The translations under genes and the position numbers were made by a program. A DNA stretch of 64,000 bases from Spironucleus salmonicida. Its lineage: Eukaryota. Every line of letters starts with the position of its first letter. The first letter of the stretch is position 1. The stretch covers positions 806,001 through 870,000 of the forward strand of contig NC_090598.1 of NCBI RefSeq assembly GCF_000497125.1, in the 5' to 3' direction. A model generated the notes under the pieces. The model had not been told where the DNA came from. It did not search any database and saw nothing but the letters and a program-made list of their open reading frames with translations. Positions 1-11,768 of this stretch are shown piece after piece.

Positions 1-262
1 GTATGCCTCAATTTGCTCGCGGCGCCAATCTGGTGCTCGGGGCTAACGCAGGCTCGGAGGTCGCGGATCTGTCCACTCCGGGAGACGAAGGCGGAGCAGA
101 GGAAGCACTTTGCGGTCACGGTTCTTCCCGACGGGCCCAAACTGGTGTTGAAAGGTATACCAATACTCTGGATGTCCCTACATCGGCTGAGCTACAGATA
201 CAATGAAGAAATTATATAATAATATATTTTTAAATATATTTTATACCACTTCTATTTAATAT

Positions 263-766
263 ATGTCATCACGTGCATAGCGCCATCTACTTCGTGAATA
301 TTAGTAGCTACAACGAGATCCTATTCCAGGAATATCTGTTGGGCTTCTTAACGATTCTTTATTCTCTTGGAAGATTCTTATTTAAGGCCCTCCTGATTCT
401 CCTTTTGAATCAGGATTATTTCGCGCTATTTTAACTTTTCCAGACGATTACCCAGATAAACCACCTAAACTTAAATTTACATCTTCCGTTTTTCATCCTA
501 ATGTATTCACAGATGGGGCAGTCTGTATTTCTATTCTACATGCTCCAGGAGATGATCCTAATGCTTATGAAGATCGTAGCGAGAGATGGTTACCAGTTCA
601 TAGTGCCAGTAGTGTGATTGTTAGCGTTTAAAGCATGTTAGCAGAACCAAATTGTGAATCTCCAGCTAATGTTGACGCTGCAAAAATATTCAGAAATGAT
701 TAAGTAGAATATAAAAAGCGAGTCAAGAAATGTGTACGCCTTAGCTTAGAAGATGATGAAGAGTGA
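263..766 (+). CDS. UBC7: Ubiquitin-conjugating enzyme E2, Ubc7/UBE2G family (167 aa, code 6)
   Basis: Code-6 translation MSSRAQRHLLREYQQLQRDP...FHPNVFTDGAVCISILHAPGDDPNAYEDRSERWLPV...SPANVDAA. It has HPN, the catalytic Cys and the Ubc7-type acidic insertion. Ends gAGTGA. Missed by the ORF track because of in-frame TAG/TAA. Confidence 0.95.
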
Positions 767-1151
767 ATGATTTCTTATTACTAGTTATCTTATTTTAAAT
801 ATTTTGATTAATTAAGAATAATGAATTAAAACTTAACTTTTGTCTTGATTTCACAATTTTTATACTATTTAATTACTTAAATGATATAAAATTTAAGCTG
901 TTGCGTATTTAGGTAACCAGATAATATGCGTCTCAAATTTAAGTAGGAATACTTGTGATAAGTTTATATTGTGAAAAATCTTTACAATTTCCTTATTTAA
1001 AGATTTTCGACGCATTGTATATATCTGCAATTTTGAATAAGTAAATTTTAATATATTGCATCACAAAATAACTTTAATTTTTAAACTGTATTAACAAACA
1101 ATAATATTCATTATTTTAATTAACGATTGTTTTCCTTTTACTTAAACAAAA

Positions 1152-1403
1152 ATGGGAGCATGTTTACATAGTTCAAAAGTATAGCAGTCATTCTACTACA
1201 AAACTTTCATCTTTTAATAAGATTATGCCTAGCTTCCTTGTGATTTATCAATAGAAGAATAAAATAATGACGTTCTAAGGATTTAATTTTTCTAAAAACA
1301 GATTCTAGGATCAACTGGACTTATGGACGAAATGTCTTGCTCAATTACACAGCTATCAACAGGTGACTAGTATTCATTGATAGGAATAGATAGCTTTTTG
1401 TGA
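1152..1403 (+). CDS. Small hypothetical protein (83 aa) with MGAC..S N-terminus (possible myristoylation/palmitoylation)
   Basis: Open in code 6 from an A-rich ATG to TGA (MGACLHSSKVQQSFYYK...). No recognisable domain. Confidence 0.45.
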
Positions 1404-1428
1404 TATTGATCAATAATTCACTTTTTGA

Positions 1429-2033
1429 ATGAGGAACTCTTAGTAAGCTTTTTTAATGGGCCTAACACTTTTTTACATGCTACAGGATGATTAATATGTA
1501 GAGTATTTTAGCATTAATATATGTTATCACTAGCATCATCGCTTAGCTTATTAAATAAATTTTCAATTTCCAAGAGTTCATGATGAGTAAAAAAAATCAA
1601 AGAATCTCGTTAACTTTTAGGTTCAGTATGTTACTAGTATTATGTGAAATCAGATACATATTAACATTCCTATTCTTTAAAATCTCCTGTTGATGATATT
1701 TCACTAAATTACTCTTAGACAAATTCTAATTATGATGTTTATTTGCAACTATATACTTCTCTTGCTGACAAGGAGTCTGCAATATTGTAGTTAAGAGGCA
1801 TTTAAAGCTCATTAATATATGATATAGGAAGTATTGCTGTTTGTGTATAAGATAAAAGGCCTCTATCACAAGATTATATGTTGATATCGCTTACTGATTC
1901 AGAACCATAAATTCGCATTAAATGTGGTTTTGTTTGCCGGTAAGCCAAGATATTGTAGTTTGAGAATTATTATTTAAACCTTAATTTTACTAGTTTAGTC
2001 TAAGGCGATTTAGTAAAAGTTGTAATAAATTGA
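1429..2033 (+). CDS. Hypothetical protein with an apparent 1-nt frameshift at an A-run near 1589-1596
   Basis: Two overlapping code-6 open frames join if one A is added to the homopolymer. No homology recognised. Confidence 0.3.
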
Positions 2034-3721
2034 TGTGCTTCTATAAATGATTTATACTAAATATCTTTTGTTATTAATTACTTTAAATTGTATTTTACGA
2101 TATTAAAGGCTTCAAGTACAGTCGTATTGCCTTCTTAATCAATAAGTACTTATCCTTTCTACCTTTTCATTTTATACAGAATATTACATCTATATAAATT
2201 TAGAATATAATGTAAACATAAATTATTAATAATAACTACAATAATATTTAATATATATCATGTATAACTAATTAGTTTAAACTATTATCAGTATGATATC
2301 ATAATAAATTGTTTATTATTTAAATTATTCTAATTATTAATAAACCTGCAAAATATATAAAATTATTATTAATCAAATAAAAACAAGTATAATCAAACAT
2401 TGCTAAATAAATGTTAATTATTCTTTACATTTTAAATAAAATGTATAAATAAGTGAATAGCGGAGATAACTTATAAAGTTTATCAAATATAAAATCAAAT
2501 ATTCACAAATTACTTGCTAGCACTTTTAGAGATGATACCATATATTACAAAAGTAACAATATAATTTATATTATTACCAAATAAACATATAAATTAGAAT
2601 ATTATATTTTACTAAATTGTATTATTAAATTTAAATGTTAAATTCAAATTTAAAACATCTAGTTAATTAATATTCCATATACAATTAGTAAATACAATAT
2701 ACTTAATACTGGTAAACCCTAAATTGTATAATCCAAAGAAGTTTGTAACTGATAATTGTCGAACCTTAATATCAATAGAAACGCTATATGTCATGAAATA
2801 TAATATTTTAAAATTTAAATACAAAGAATTTACTCATTAAGATAAGTTCTTTTTATATTTTTGTTCTACAAATTGTTATCAACAAGTTTATATAGTTAAA
2901 AATACTGAATGAAAATTTAATTTGATTAAATATCAAACAGTTTACAATATACTTTTTAAACATATAGTTAGTTACTATAGTTGATTTTCAGGTGAAACCT
3001 ATAATAAATAGAAAACTTTCATGCAACTAGTTCTTAATTTATTTCACTATAAACTTTAACTACAAGAATCATTAAATTGCTGCTAATGACAAAAGGGTAC
3101 TTTTTCTAGACTTATTTATATTCTATTGAACTTATATGTACATAAATTATTTGAAGCAATCCTATTATTTTCCTGATTTCGTGTATAGATTTGAGTTAAC
3201 ATTAATAATAAGATACACCTATTGATATGATATGGTATACTAAATCATGCAAAAACTATAAACATAGGTGTTGTGTCGCCTTCAGTTCTATTAAAACACA
3301 TAACTAAATATCTTTCATAAATACTAATATTAAAAATACCAAAGATATAATTCACTAGTTTGTGGAATCAAATAATATAGGATCTACTGCTATATCAATA
3401 GAAAATTGTTATTTAATCTTATAACCCGAGGTTTCAACAATAATTTCTTTTTCAAGCATTTTAAATTAAAAATATAATATTCATATAATAATAATTATGC
3501 ATTTAAAGTATACAAAATAAATATGTCTTAATAATTTAATAAGATTCTTCAAACATAGTTAATATATTCTTGATAATTCTGATAAAATCATAGTAAGAAT
3601 TTCAATAACATTATTATATTCTATAAAATAATTTTATAAAATAGTCTATCTCAACGAAAACCATGCCATTTAGCATCCTGCCATGGCGGAAACGTTGGCA
3701 GCCCAGAAATGAAGGACTCGC

Positions 3722-3910
3722 TCACATGTACCTGCGCCCGGACCGGCGGTAGTAGGGGCTGGTGTAGAACTGGCGCTGGCCGATAACCTGGCAGCCGCCC
3801 TGGTCCGTACCCGTGGGGATCAGGCCCGTCGGCACTGGTGCCTCCGGCTGTACCTCGGGGTTCTCGATGAAGACGCTCAGCGGCTGGTGGCGGGACTGCG
3901 GGGCGCCCAT
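3722..3910 (-). CDS. Small hypothetical protein (62 aa), MGAPQS N-terminus
   Basis: ATG preceded on the minus strand by CCACTCCCGCAA. GC-rich codons, TGA stop. Confidence 0.55.
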   Translation of the reverse strand: MGAPQSRHQPLSVFIENPEVQPEAPVPTGLIPTGTDQGGCQVIGQRQFYTSPYYRRSGRRYM

Positions 3911-4300
3911 TTGCGGGAGTGGAGCGGACGCTGCTGGCGTCCTGGAGGGATGCAGGGATCTGGAGAATAGCTCGGCTAGCCAGCTTCACGCATTGGCATG
4001 CACATGGGTAAGGTCTCCATGGGACCTTGGCGGGACAGACGCACCAGAATTTAGCCTCCAGGCAGCGGCGGGAGCTGCTACATTCTCACGTGTGTCCTAC
4101 CCATTAGCAAGGCAGCGGTGCTTAGCGCGTCGCCAATTTGATGTTTATGACCAGTAACACCAGAGATACAGACTGTCTAAATTTGCGGCACTGGCATCTG
4201 CAGAAACCGATTTATTTAGCATAAACGCATTATACTTCCGGCAATGAAATCCAGAAACTCCGGTATCGGTCCACAATACGTTGCAACCCATATTCCAAAA

Positions 4301-4489
4301 ATGCCGCTCCACCTCCGGATAAACAGTTTCGTGCCCAAGATGCTCGCGTCGCCACGGTGCTGCTTCATCGAGAAGGTTGCCGATCTGGACAATTTATGCG
4401 TGCGGGACTTCACCATGAAGCAGATCAGCAAGACGTGCCTCGTGGATCAGATTTGTGACAGCGCGTCCACGAGCGACATCGTGTTCTGA
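4301..4489 (+). CDS. Small Cys-containing protein (62 aa), MPLHLR family, paralog of 11769..11963
   Basis: MPLHLRINSF...LDNLCVRDF...CLVDQICDS aligns colinearly with the ORF at 11769. A-rich ATG context, TGA stop. Confidence 0.7.
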   Translation: MPLHLRINSFVPKMLASPRCCFIEKVADLDNLCVRDFTMKQISKTCLVDQICDSASTSDIVF

Positions 4490-4522
4490 GTGAGTGCAGT
4501 ATCCGCGAGTATGGCAGCCTCA

Positions 4523-5035
4523 TCACTTCCTGAACATCAGGCTTCGCCTCTCTCGCACAGCTCGACCCGTCTTCAGTTCCTGCTCGGCCCGCTCCAGCTG
4601 CCTCCTCTGGGATACGATATAGGTGATCTGGGCGACCAGTGTCTCGACCGAAAGGTGGCAGCTGCTAATTCCCCGTAGATCTTTCTCTGGTGGTGCGCAT
4701 GGCAGGATGGTGTCCATCCCTATCTGCCGGAACTAGGCTTTCTGCCTACCGGTGATGAACCGGGTGGGGCGGGCCTGCGGAGGTGAGAATCCGCCGTGGG
4801 TGAAGAAGAAGGCCTCACTGTCCTCAGCCTTGATCACATCCCTCCCTTTGGGGACTGTGTAGCGACAAGGCTCCGTACAGTGCTGGACCCGGCGCTAAAA
4901 CTAGGTCACCGCTGCCTGCTGCTGCGCAGACCTGAACCCCTGAACCAGGCTCTATTGCCGTGCCGGCCCCGTGCGGAGGCGATACTGCATGAAGTGTACT
5001 GCGTGGTCGGGTACGTATTTCGTGGGGAATGGCAT
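4523..5035 (-). CDS. Hypothetical protein (170 aa, code 6)
   Basis: Continuous code-6 frame MPFPTKYVPDHAVHF...RERRSLMFRK ending aAGTGA. Divergent from the HAD gene. Confidence 0.6.
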
Positions 5036-5079
5036 TTTGGCTTTTAATATGTGTCCGCACCTCTAGAGACATCTCCAAA

Positions 5080-5694
5080 ATGCAGACGATCTTCTTCGAC
5101 CTGGACGGAACCCTGGTGGACTCCCTGGCATCCATCGCCACCGCACTCAACGCTTCGAGACTCGTATTCGGCCTGGACCCGCTCCCTGATGCCGAGGTGT
5201 GCCGCTGCGTTGGCTGGGGCGCGAAGGCCCTGGTGGAGCGCACGGCCCCCGCCGCTGTGTAGGAGCAGCTGCTTGCGCACTACCTAGCCGAGCTGCACGC
5301 AGCTACCCCGGCCCTCTTCCCTGGGGTCGTCGAGCTGTTAGACGCGCTGCGGGCGGCTGGAAGGAACCGGCTCGTGGTGGCCTCGAACAAGCCGGAGGAC
5401 ACCCTGCAGCAACTAGTGGTCAAGCTCGGGCTGGCGCAGTACTTCGACGAGGTCAGGGGCGTCGGGGCCTTCCAACCAAAGCCCAATCCCGCCATCCTAG
5501 CGTGCGAACAGCGGGCCGTTCTCGTGGGGGACAGCGAGGTGGACGTGCAGACGGCCATCGCGGCCGGCATCCCAGTAGTGGCGGTCACCTACGGTTTCAG
5601 GACGCGCGCCGAGCTGGTGGGAGCGACGATTATCGTGGACTCCGTGGCGGAAATCAGGGAGGCGGTGGAACGGCTCCTGGGCGAAGAGGAGTGA
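5080..5694 (+). CDS. HAD-superfamily phosphatase, phosphoglycolate phosphatase (Gph)-like (204 aa)
   Basis: Motif I FFDLDGTLVDS, motif II ASNK, PKPNP, motif IV VGDSEVD. One in-frame TAG (Gln) joins two track ORFs. Ends gAGTGA. Confidence 0.92.
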
Positions 5695-6454
5695 TACTAA
5701 TAATGAATATAGGCTGCCATGGCAGCGGAATAGATATTTGGGGACTGTCGCTAGGGCCGAGGCCAGAGCAGAGGGCCCAGCCGCAGAACGCGGTTGGAGG
5801 CCCAGCATGTCGGATCCATATAACGCGAGGCCGCTGCTGGTGCGGCACGTCAACTCTAGGTCCTTGAGGGAGCGGGACGGAGCGGGGAATGCGGGCGGTG
5901 GTACATATAATAATGCAGTTATCTAAATCGAGCGACGCCAAATTCAGGGAGGGCTAGCACGCTCGGACCTGCGAGGCGCACACCTGGCGGGCACTCATGG
6001 CACCTAGTCGGGCAAACTTCCCGACCGGGCGGAGAAGCAAACCAGTATATTCTGGAAGCGGGGTTGTAACTGATGGGTGTTTCTATCACATATTATACAC
6101 AACCCGAGCGCTTTCGCCGCCACGTCTCTACCCGTTGCATGCAGATCTCCTAAATATAGAATTTTACAATTTTAAATTAGAATTAACTTAGAAACAAACT
6201 AAAGCTGTTAAAATATAAGTATGCCAACGTAATTGCCATAATAGTATTAACCATAAATAAACCTTGTTATACATTAGTCTATATTTACTGATATTATATT
6301 GTTTTAGAAAGTATTATTTAAATCGATTGTTTCGCAAAAACTAACTAAAATGATATTGTTTTTACTTTTCAAAAGTTTATTTTTATTATTCTGAAAAATA
6401 TTAATTTTAATATAAATATATATTATATATTATTCTAAATTTCAATTCCACTAA

Positions 6455-7201
6455 ATGGATTAGGGTTTTATCTGGACAATTGTTAATATGGTTCTCGCCA
6501 TCCTTCTTTCAATTTGCTCAATTTTTAAGTTAAATTCGGATGCAGCCAATGACTTTAAGCATATTTTCCTAATTTTATTAGATATCATTATTATGCTAAT
6601 TCCTCTTGTTACTAAAATTCACCCTTATTTTCTGTTTCTCGTTAACGGCATTTGCTGCGCATTTTTGCTCATGATCATCGCACTGCTGGAATTCAGCTCC
6701 CTATCCGGATTTTGCACCAACGCCATCGCCGTGCCGATTTCGTGCTATTCCGACGTCATTACGACAGTAGTTTGGATTGTTTGTATCATTTAAATATTCT
6801 TACGAAAATCAGAGGTCCAAACGGTCGTTAATATGGTCAAACAGACCGCTATAAGCTCTATTTCTGCTCCCAAAGCATGTGCCGACGTCGAAACTGGCGA
6901 AGAAGGCAATATGAATTCTACGGCAAAAGTTGACGTCGTTGACGCAAGTTTGGAGCAGGATGATAAACAGAAGGCGATGGAAGAGAAGCTGAAGTAAAAG
7001 TAGGCTTCTAAAGATGAGAAAACAAGGCTAGCGAAGGAAGCGAAGGAAACTAAAGAAGCTAAATAGAAAGAGGTTAGAGCTGCCAAAGAAGCCAAATAGA
7101 AGGAAGTTAGAGAGGCCAAGTAACAACTGGCTTTGAATGTTAAAGATGACGCGGACGCTAAGGCTAAGGAACAAGAAGACACGGAAAATGAGGGTAATTG
7201 A
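6455..7201 (+). CDS. Multi-pass membrane protein (about 4 TM) with Lys/Glu/Ala-rich C-terminal tail (248 aa)
   Basis: Code-6 ORF after TTCCACTAA. Hydrophobic N-terminal half, then repeated KEAKQKEVR units. Confidence 0.75.
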
Positions 7202-8951
7202 TGGAAAATTTTATATATTTTGAGTTATTTTCGTAATTTTTATGTTTTTTTATGTAAAAGGGTTAAATTTTGCATATCCTGGTGATAGAATTGCTAAACT
7301 GGACTTGGGTTTGGGTTTAGTAAATTCATCGATATATTTTATAAAGATTAAAAGACTTGAAAATACTTGTTCATGATACAATAATGATCAAATAAGAAGA
7401 TATGGTGTATAATAAAACGTAGTGCACTGAAGAAACCAATAATAATTATAGATTTCAGATGTTTTTTATTAACGTTGAGAACAAATTGAATTATTGGAAT
7501 ACCTTTAATTTGTTAAATAAATTTATTCAAAATATAGATATAAAAACTATGATAGTATATATCACCATTTACAAATAAACTATTTTAAAATATTACAAGA
7601 TGGTAAAAAATGATTCTGTTGAGTTTATCATACTAAATATTGTCTAAGTACTAATTAAAGTTTTATTTTAGTATTACTAAAGTATATAAATAAAATGATT
7701 AATATATTTATACATGTATTTATTTTTCTTACCAGATTTTGATGATAGTTTACCATTGATAAATAGACATATATTTGATTAAGATTGTTTAGTTTTAATT
7801 ATAAATGTAGGATAATTTATACTTTTTTTAACTCTGTAATAATAAACCCATTCTTCTAAACTCAAATAATTTAAAATATTTAATGTTAGAAAGTATCAAT
7901 ATGCCGAAAATTAATTAGATTTTATGAAAATTTTGAGTATAAATAATTATATTATTTAAGTTGGTTTCTTATTTTATAAGGTATATAATAATATGTTAAT
8001 ATGGTTGATATTTATTTAGATTGACATGACACTTTTAAGACCTTTAAGAATTATTAAAGAGTGAATATTCAAACTAAGATATAAAAGCTACTTTATATAT
8101 TTTCTAATTGGTTATAATAAATTCTAAGATAATGAATTTATCCCTAAATTTCGTGTATAATGTAACTATATAAATATTTCATAAATTTTTATTTCTGACT
8201 AAACTTACATTAGATTTGTTTGTTTAATTATTAAGTTTTATTAGATAGTATCATTTTGTTAAAGGAGCAATAATGATTATTATTTTATAAATAGAGTTAA
8301 GATAATAAGTATGATCATAACGTATATGGATTCTTTATTATTAAAAAAATAGAGCCATAAATATAAAGACAGACATTTAAATAAAGATAAAACACAAATA
8401 ATAATAAAATGGAATTTATTATAATTATTACATATTTTCATTAAAAATATTAGTCAACCATAATAACTTCATGAACTTTTATAATTAATATAAATTATCA
8501 TGAAGAATAGTAAATATGAAAGGATACAAATTTTGAATAGAAAATATTAATCATATCAATAAGATGTAAAAGGCTAAATAGTATTTTCTTCATTTAAACT
8601 ATCCCTACAAATGAGAATATTACAACACCAATAATAACTAGTATTTATTAAGATAAAAAATACTTATTCCCATTATAACTAAATTGTACTCTTTTGTTAA
8701 ATTACATGTGAGTACGGCTTTATAATACAAAATAGAAAAAATACCAGTTAAAATTATATAATATAACTATATTGGTCATAGTTTTTACTGTTAATAATAA
8801 AGTATTAATGATGAATATTGACTTCATATAGATCCCACTAAAAAATTATGATATTATTTTAAATAAACTGCTAGAGAAAGGAAATATTTTACAACATCAG
8901 TTTTAAAATTATTGGCATTAAATACCATAAATTAAATAAATAATTTTATAA

Positions 8952-10730
8952 ATGCTAAGTCTGCTCGCTGTCAGCTGCTATTTACCCAACGCCACCTTCG
9001 TGTACAACCCGATTACCGGGATGGGCATATTGCGGGCCACGTACCTCCCGGAGTCCACATCGAGCGCCTTCGAAATCTGTCAGAAGCTCGACGGCAGACT
9101 CACCAGAGCATCAGTGGAACTGGCCAACGCCCAGGAATCCTTTTCCGAGAATTTTGAGTATCGCCATCAGCAGAACATTCAGATCAATATTCCCTTTGAG
9201 ACCGATGCGGAAAAAGAGGCCGGGCTTCTCACCACCCAGTCGAACTTCAAGATCACCTTCCTGGACATGGACGCCGAGGTGAAGCAGACCCTGGCCTACT
9301 TCTCGGTGCTAAGCTTCAACGCGAATGATTGCCTAGTTGACGTTAAGGCGTCTCTAGCAGCCAACGTCTTTACGATATCAGCCAAGCAAAATGGGTGTAA
9401 TTACTCGATTACACAGTTTGGCAAGAAACCCTCTGGGCTCGCACCGGAGTAGTTAAATGAAACTGTGTTAGCTGAGTTGGTAGTATTCGATTAGTCCCTT
9501 ATATTTTAGGTTGGCGTGCAGTTTTCCTCCCTCACTGAATCTTCACCTATCGAAGTGGTGTTCAACTGCAATAATTTTCCCAACGTAAGTGAGTGCGACT
9601 AGATGGTAAATAATATTATTTACAACGCCATAGTGGACCTTCAATTCAATCTTTATTTCTAACTAAACAATCCTGATACAGATTATCTTACATTCACAAC
9701 TTCAATAGATAACATTTTTGATACCAATCTTGTTAATTGCTACTCAGACTCCTCTTACCAAATTAACGGAGAACTTATAATCCTATACTTTACGCCTACT
9801 AACAAATGTGTGTTTTCATCAAATTTAACGGAAGTTATTGTTGGGATTACAAATTCTGAAATTGCAGGTGAAGGCGTCACATGGACGTACTAAAATAACC
9901 AGTCGGAATTCCGCTAAGAAACTACCACATTATCAGTAGAGTGCAAATAGGTTGAAGACCCCACTTGCATTGAATTACTATCCTTTCTAGGAAAGGAGGA
10001 GACTCTTCTTGTTTCAGTCACAGTCCTCGTATATAGAGACAACGGCGCGCTTGATTTCATAATATTAAATCCAAGAAGATATCAGTCGTGTTATGAATAC
10101 ACTTAGCTGACTGTTTAGTTCGAAAGCAATGCCGTCGAAGGATCAATTTAAATAGGCAATGCGCCGATTTATATTATAGGATGTACACTCCAAGTATAAT
10201 CCAGATATCTAATCTAAGTATCATTTTTTGAAAAAACGGTTAAAAATGGTTTAATAACAGATATCTTGCCTGAACCATTCCTAGTGCTCAGTCGACGAGA
10301 TATTTTTTCAGTGCAAAACTATTCTATCGCATTTGAAGATTCTGTGGACCGAGCCACTGCACAGAAAGTTTCATCTCTAATTACGAGCAAGAGGCTTTAT
10401 TGTATTGTATAATATGATCAAGTCATAATTCCCGTGATTTAGTTTTTCGATCAGACAAGAATATATAGTAATACGCTAGTGTATAGTATAACGGGGGTAT
10501 CTGGAATTGTGGCTGGATTGCTGATTTTAGCTTGTGAATGCTTTTGCAGAAAGTCTGGATCTGTGGATACACTACAAACGAAAAAGAGTGAGCTCAGAAC
10601 TTGTACTTCCTCCTGCCGCGCTCGGCGCGCTCCCTGGCCTTCGCGTATGCCTGGTCCATCTCCAGCTGCTTCTGCCGCTCGCCCTCGTCGTCGAAGCGGG
10701 ACTGGAACAGCCAGGGCCGGGCGACCTTGA
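8952..10730 (+). CDS. Type I membrane/surface protein with signal peptide, spaced Cys and C-terminal TM (592 aa as assembled; the true end may be near 10591)
   Basis: Continuous code-6 frame MLSLLAVSCY... to the TM segment LVYSITGVSGIVAGLLILAC. Joins track ORFs 8952 and 10479 in frame. Confidence 0.8.
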
Positions 10731-11121
10731 CCCAGAGGACCGCCACGGCGCCCAGCGGCAGGAGGAGGAAGCTCCAGCGCATCCCGTCGCTGAAGCTGAG
10801 CAGCACGAGGCAGAACAGCAGCACGTAGACCACGTCGAAGAGGGCCGAGAAGAGGTGGCCCTGGGTGATGGGCGAGTTGTTGCGCAGCGTCTGCGTGCCG
10901 TCCATGCTGGGCTGCGCGAAGCGGGCCAGGGCGCGGTAGATCGCGCAGACGGGCCCCATGGCCAGGCAGGAGCAGCAGACGCGCGGGAGCCGCACGGAGC
11001 GGGCCCGCAGGCCGTAGGAGAGGGCCAGGTGGAAGGCGAAGACGGCCGCGATCGCGCTGCGCAGCTTCCCCACGGTGGCCGCGTTCTGCTGGACGATCTT
11101 CTTCTGCGCGTCGTTCGCCAT
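10594..11121 (-). CDS. TMEM208: TMEM208/SND2 (DUF788) family ER-targeting membrane protein (175 aa)
   Basis: MANDAQKKIVQQN N-terminus, ...FDVVYV..., TM segments and a basic C-terminus (RAERGRRKYKF), all typical of DUF788. Confidence 0.8.
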   Translation of the reverse strand: MANDAQKKIVQQNAATVGKLRSAIAAVFAFHLALSYGLRARSVRLPRVCCSCLAMGPVCAIYRALARFAQPSMDGTQTLRNNSPITQGHLFSALFDVVYVLLFCLVLLSFSDGMRWSFLLLPLGAVAVLWVKVARPWLFQSRFDDEGERQKQLEMDQAYAKARERAERGRRKYKF

Positions 11122-11166
11122 TTGCGTAGAGGGGCCGGATATTGTATTATAAGGCATGCCCCCGGA

Positions 11167-11460
11167 ATGAAGTTCTACCGCAACTTCAACGGTCTGGCCA
11201 TCCTCGACTTCCGGGGCGCCAGCGTGCTGCAGTTCGACCTCGCGAGCGTCAGGGTGCCGTTCGACGGTGCGGACTTCACGGGCTCGCGGCTCGTGCGGCT
11301 GAGCGCCACGGCGCCGCTGGTCCTCCGGGTCCTGAAGCTGGCCGACTGCAGGGGACTGCGGTCCGCCGACACCGGCCTGGTGGAGGGCCTGGAGGTGCTC
11401 GACCTGCGGGGCTGCGGCCTGGGGCCCGAGGGCTTCAAGGTGGTGCGGGTGCTGGTGTGA
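11167..11460 (+). CDS. Small leucine-rich-repeat-like protein (97 aa)
   Basis: LRVLKLADCRGL and LEVLDLRGCGL LRR-like motifs. Divergent from TMEM208 across 45 bp containing TATTATAA. Confidence 0.55.
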   Translation: MKFYRNFNGLAILDFRGASVLQFDLASVRVPFDGADFTGSRLVRLSATAPLVLRVLKLADCRGLRSADTGLVEGLEVLDLRGCGLGPEGFKVVRVLV

Positions 11461-11768
11461 CTCCGCGGCAGGGTGGCTCAGCGGGCCGGAGGCAGCAGGA
11501 CCGACGGCCAGCGGCAGAGGACGGACCCTGCGCGGCGCAGCATTGCCCAGCCCCTTTCTAGATAGCCGTATTACGCGGGAATACGCACTGTATACTTTGG
11601 ACTTTCCGCTTTGTTTGGGAACTGGCGTCACAATGGCCTAATATGAGGTATGGAAAACGTAGAAACTGGTTTCCTTGCTAACTCATCTGCACTCGCGCAA
11701 ATGCCCTTTCCATTCTTGAGCGGCTCGCCTTATATTGATACCCCTTCGCCAGCACATCGCCAAGGAAA

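Noticed and set aside
1-219. GC-rich gene fragment at the window start
   Set aside because: Probably part of a gene, but the frame and strand cannot be determined from this fragment.
5735-5750. RNase MRP-like GACAGTCCCC on the minus strand
   Set aside because: One mismatch to the P4 motif, and no complementary 3' P4 half nearby.
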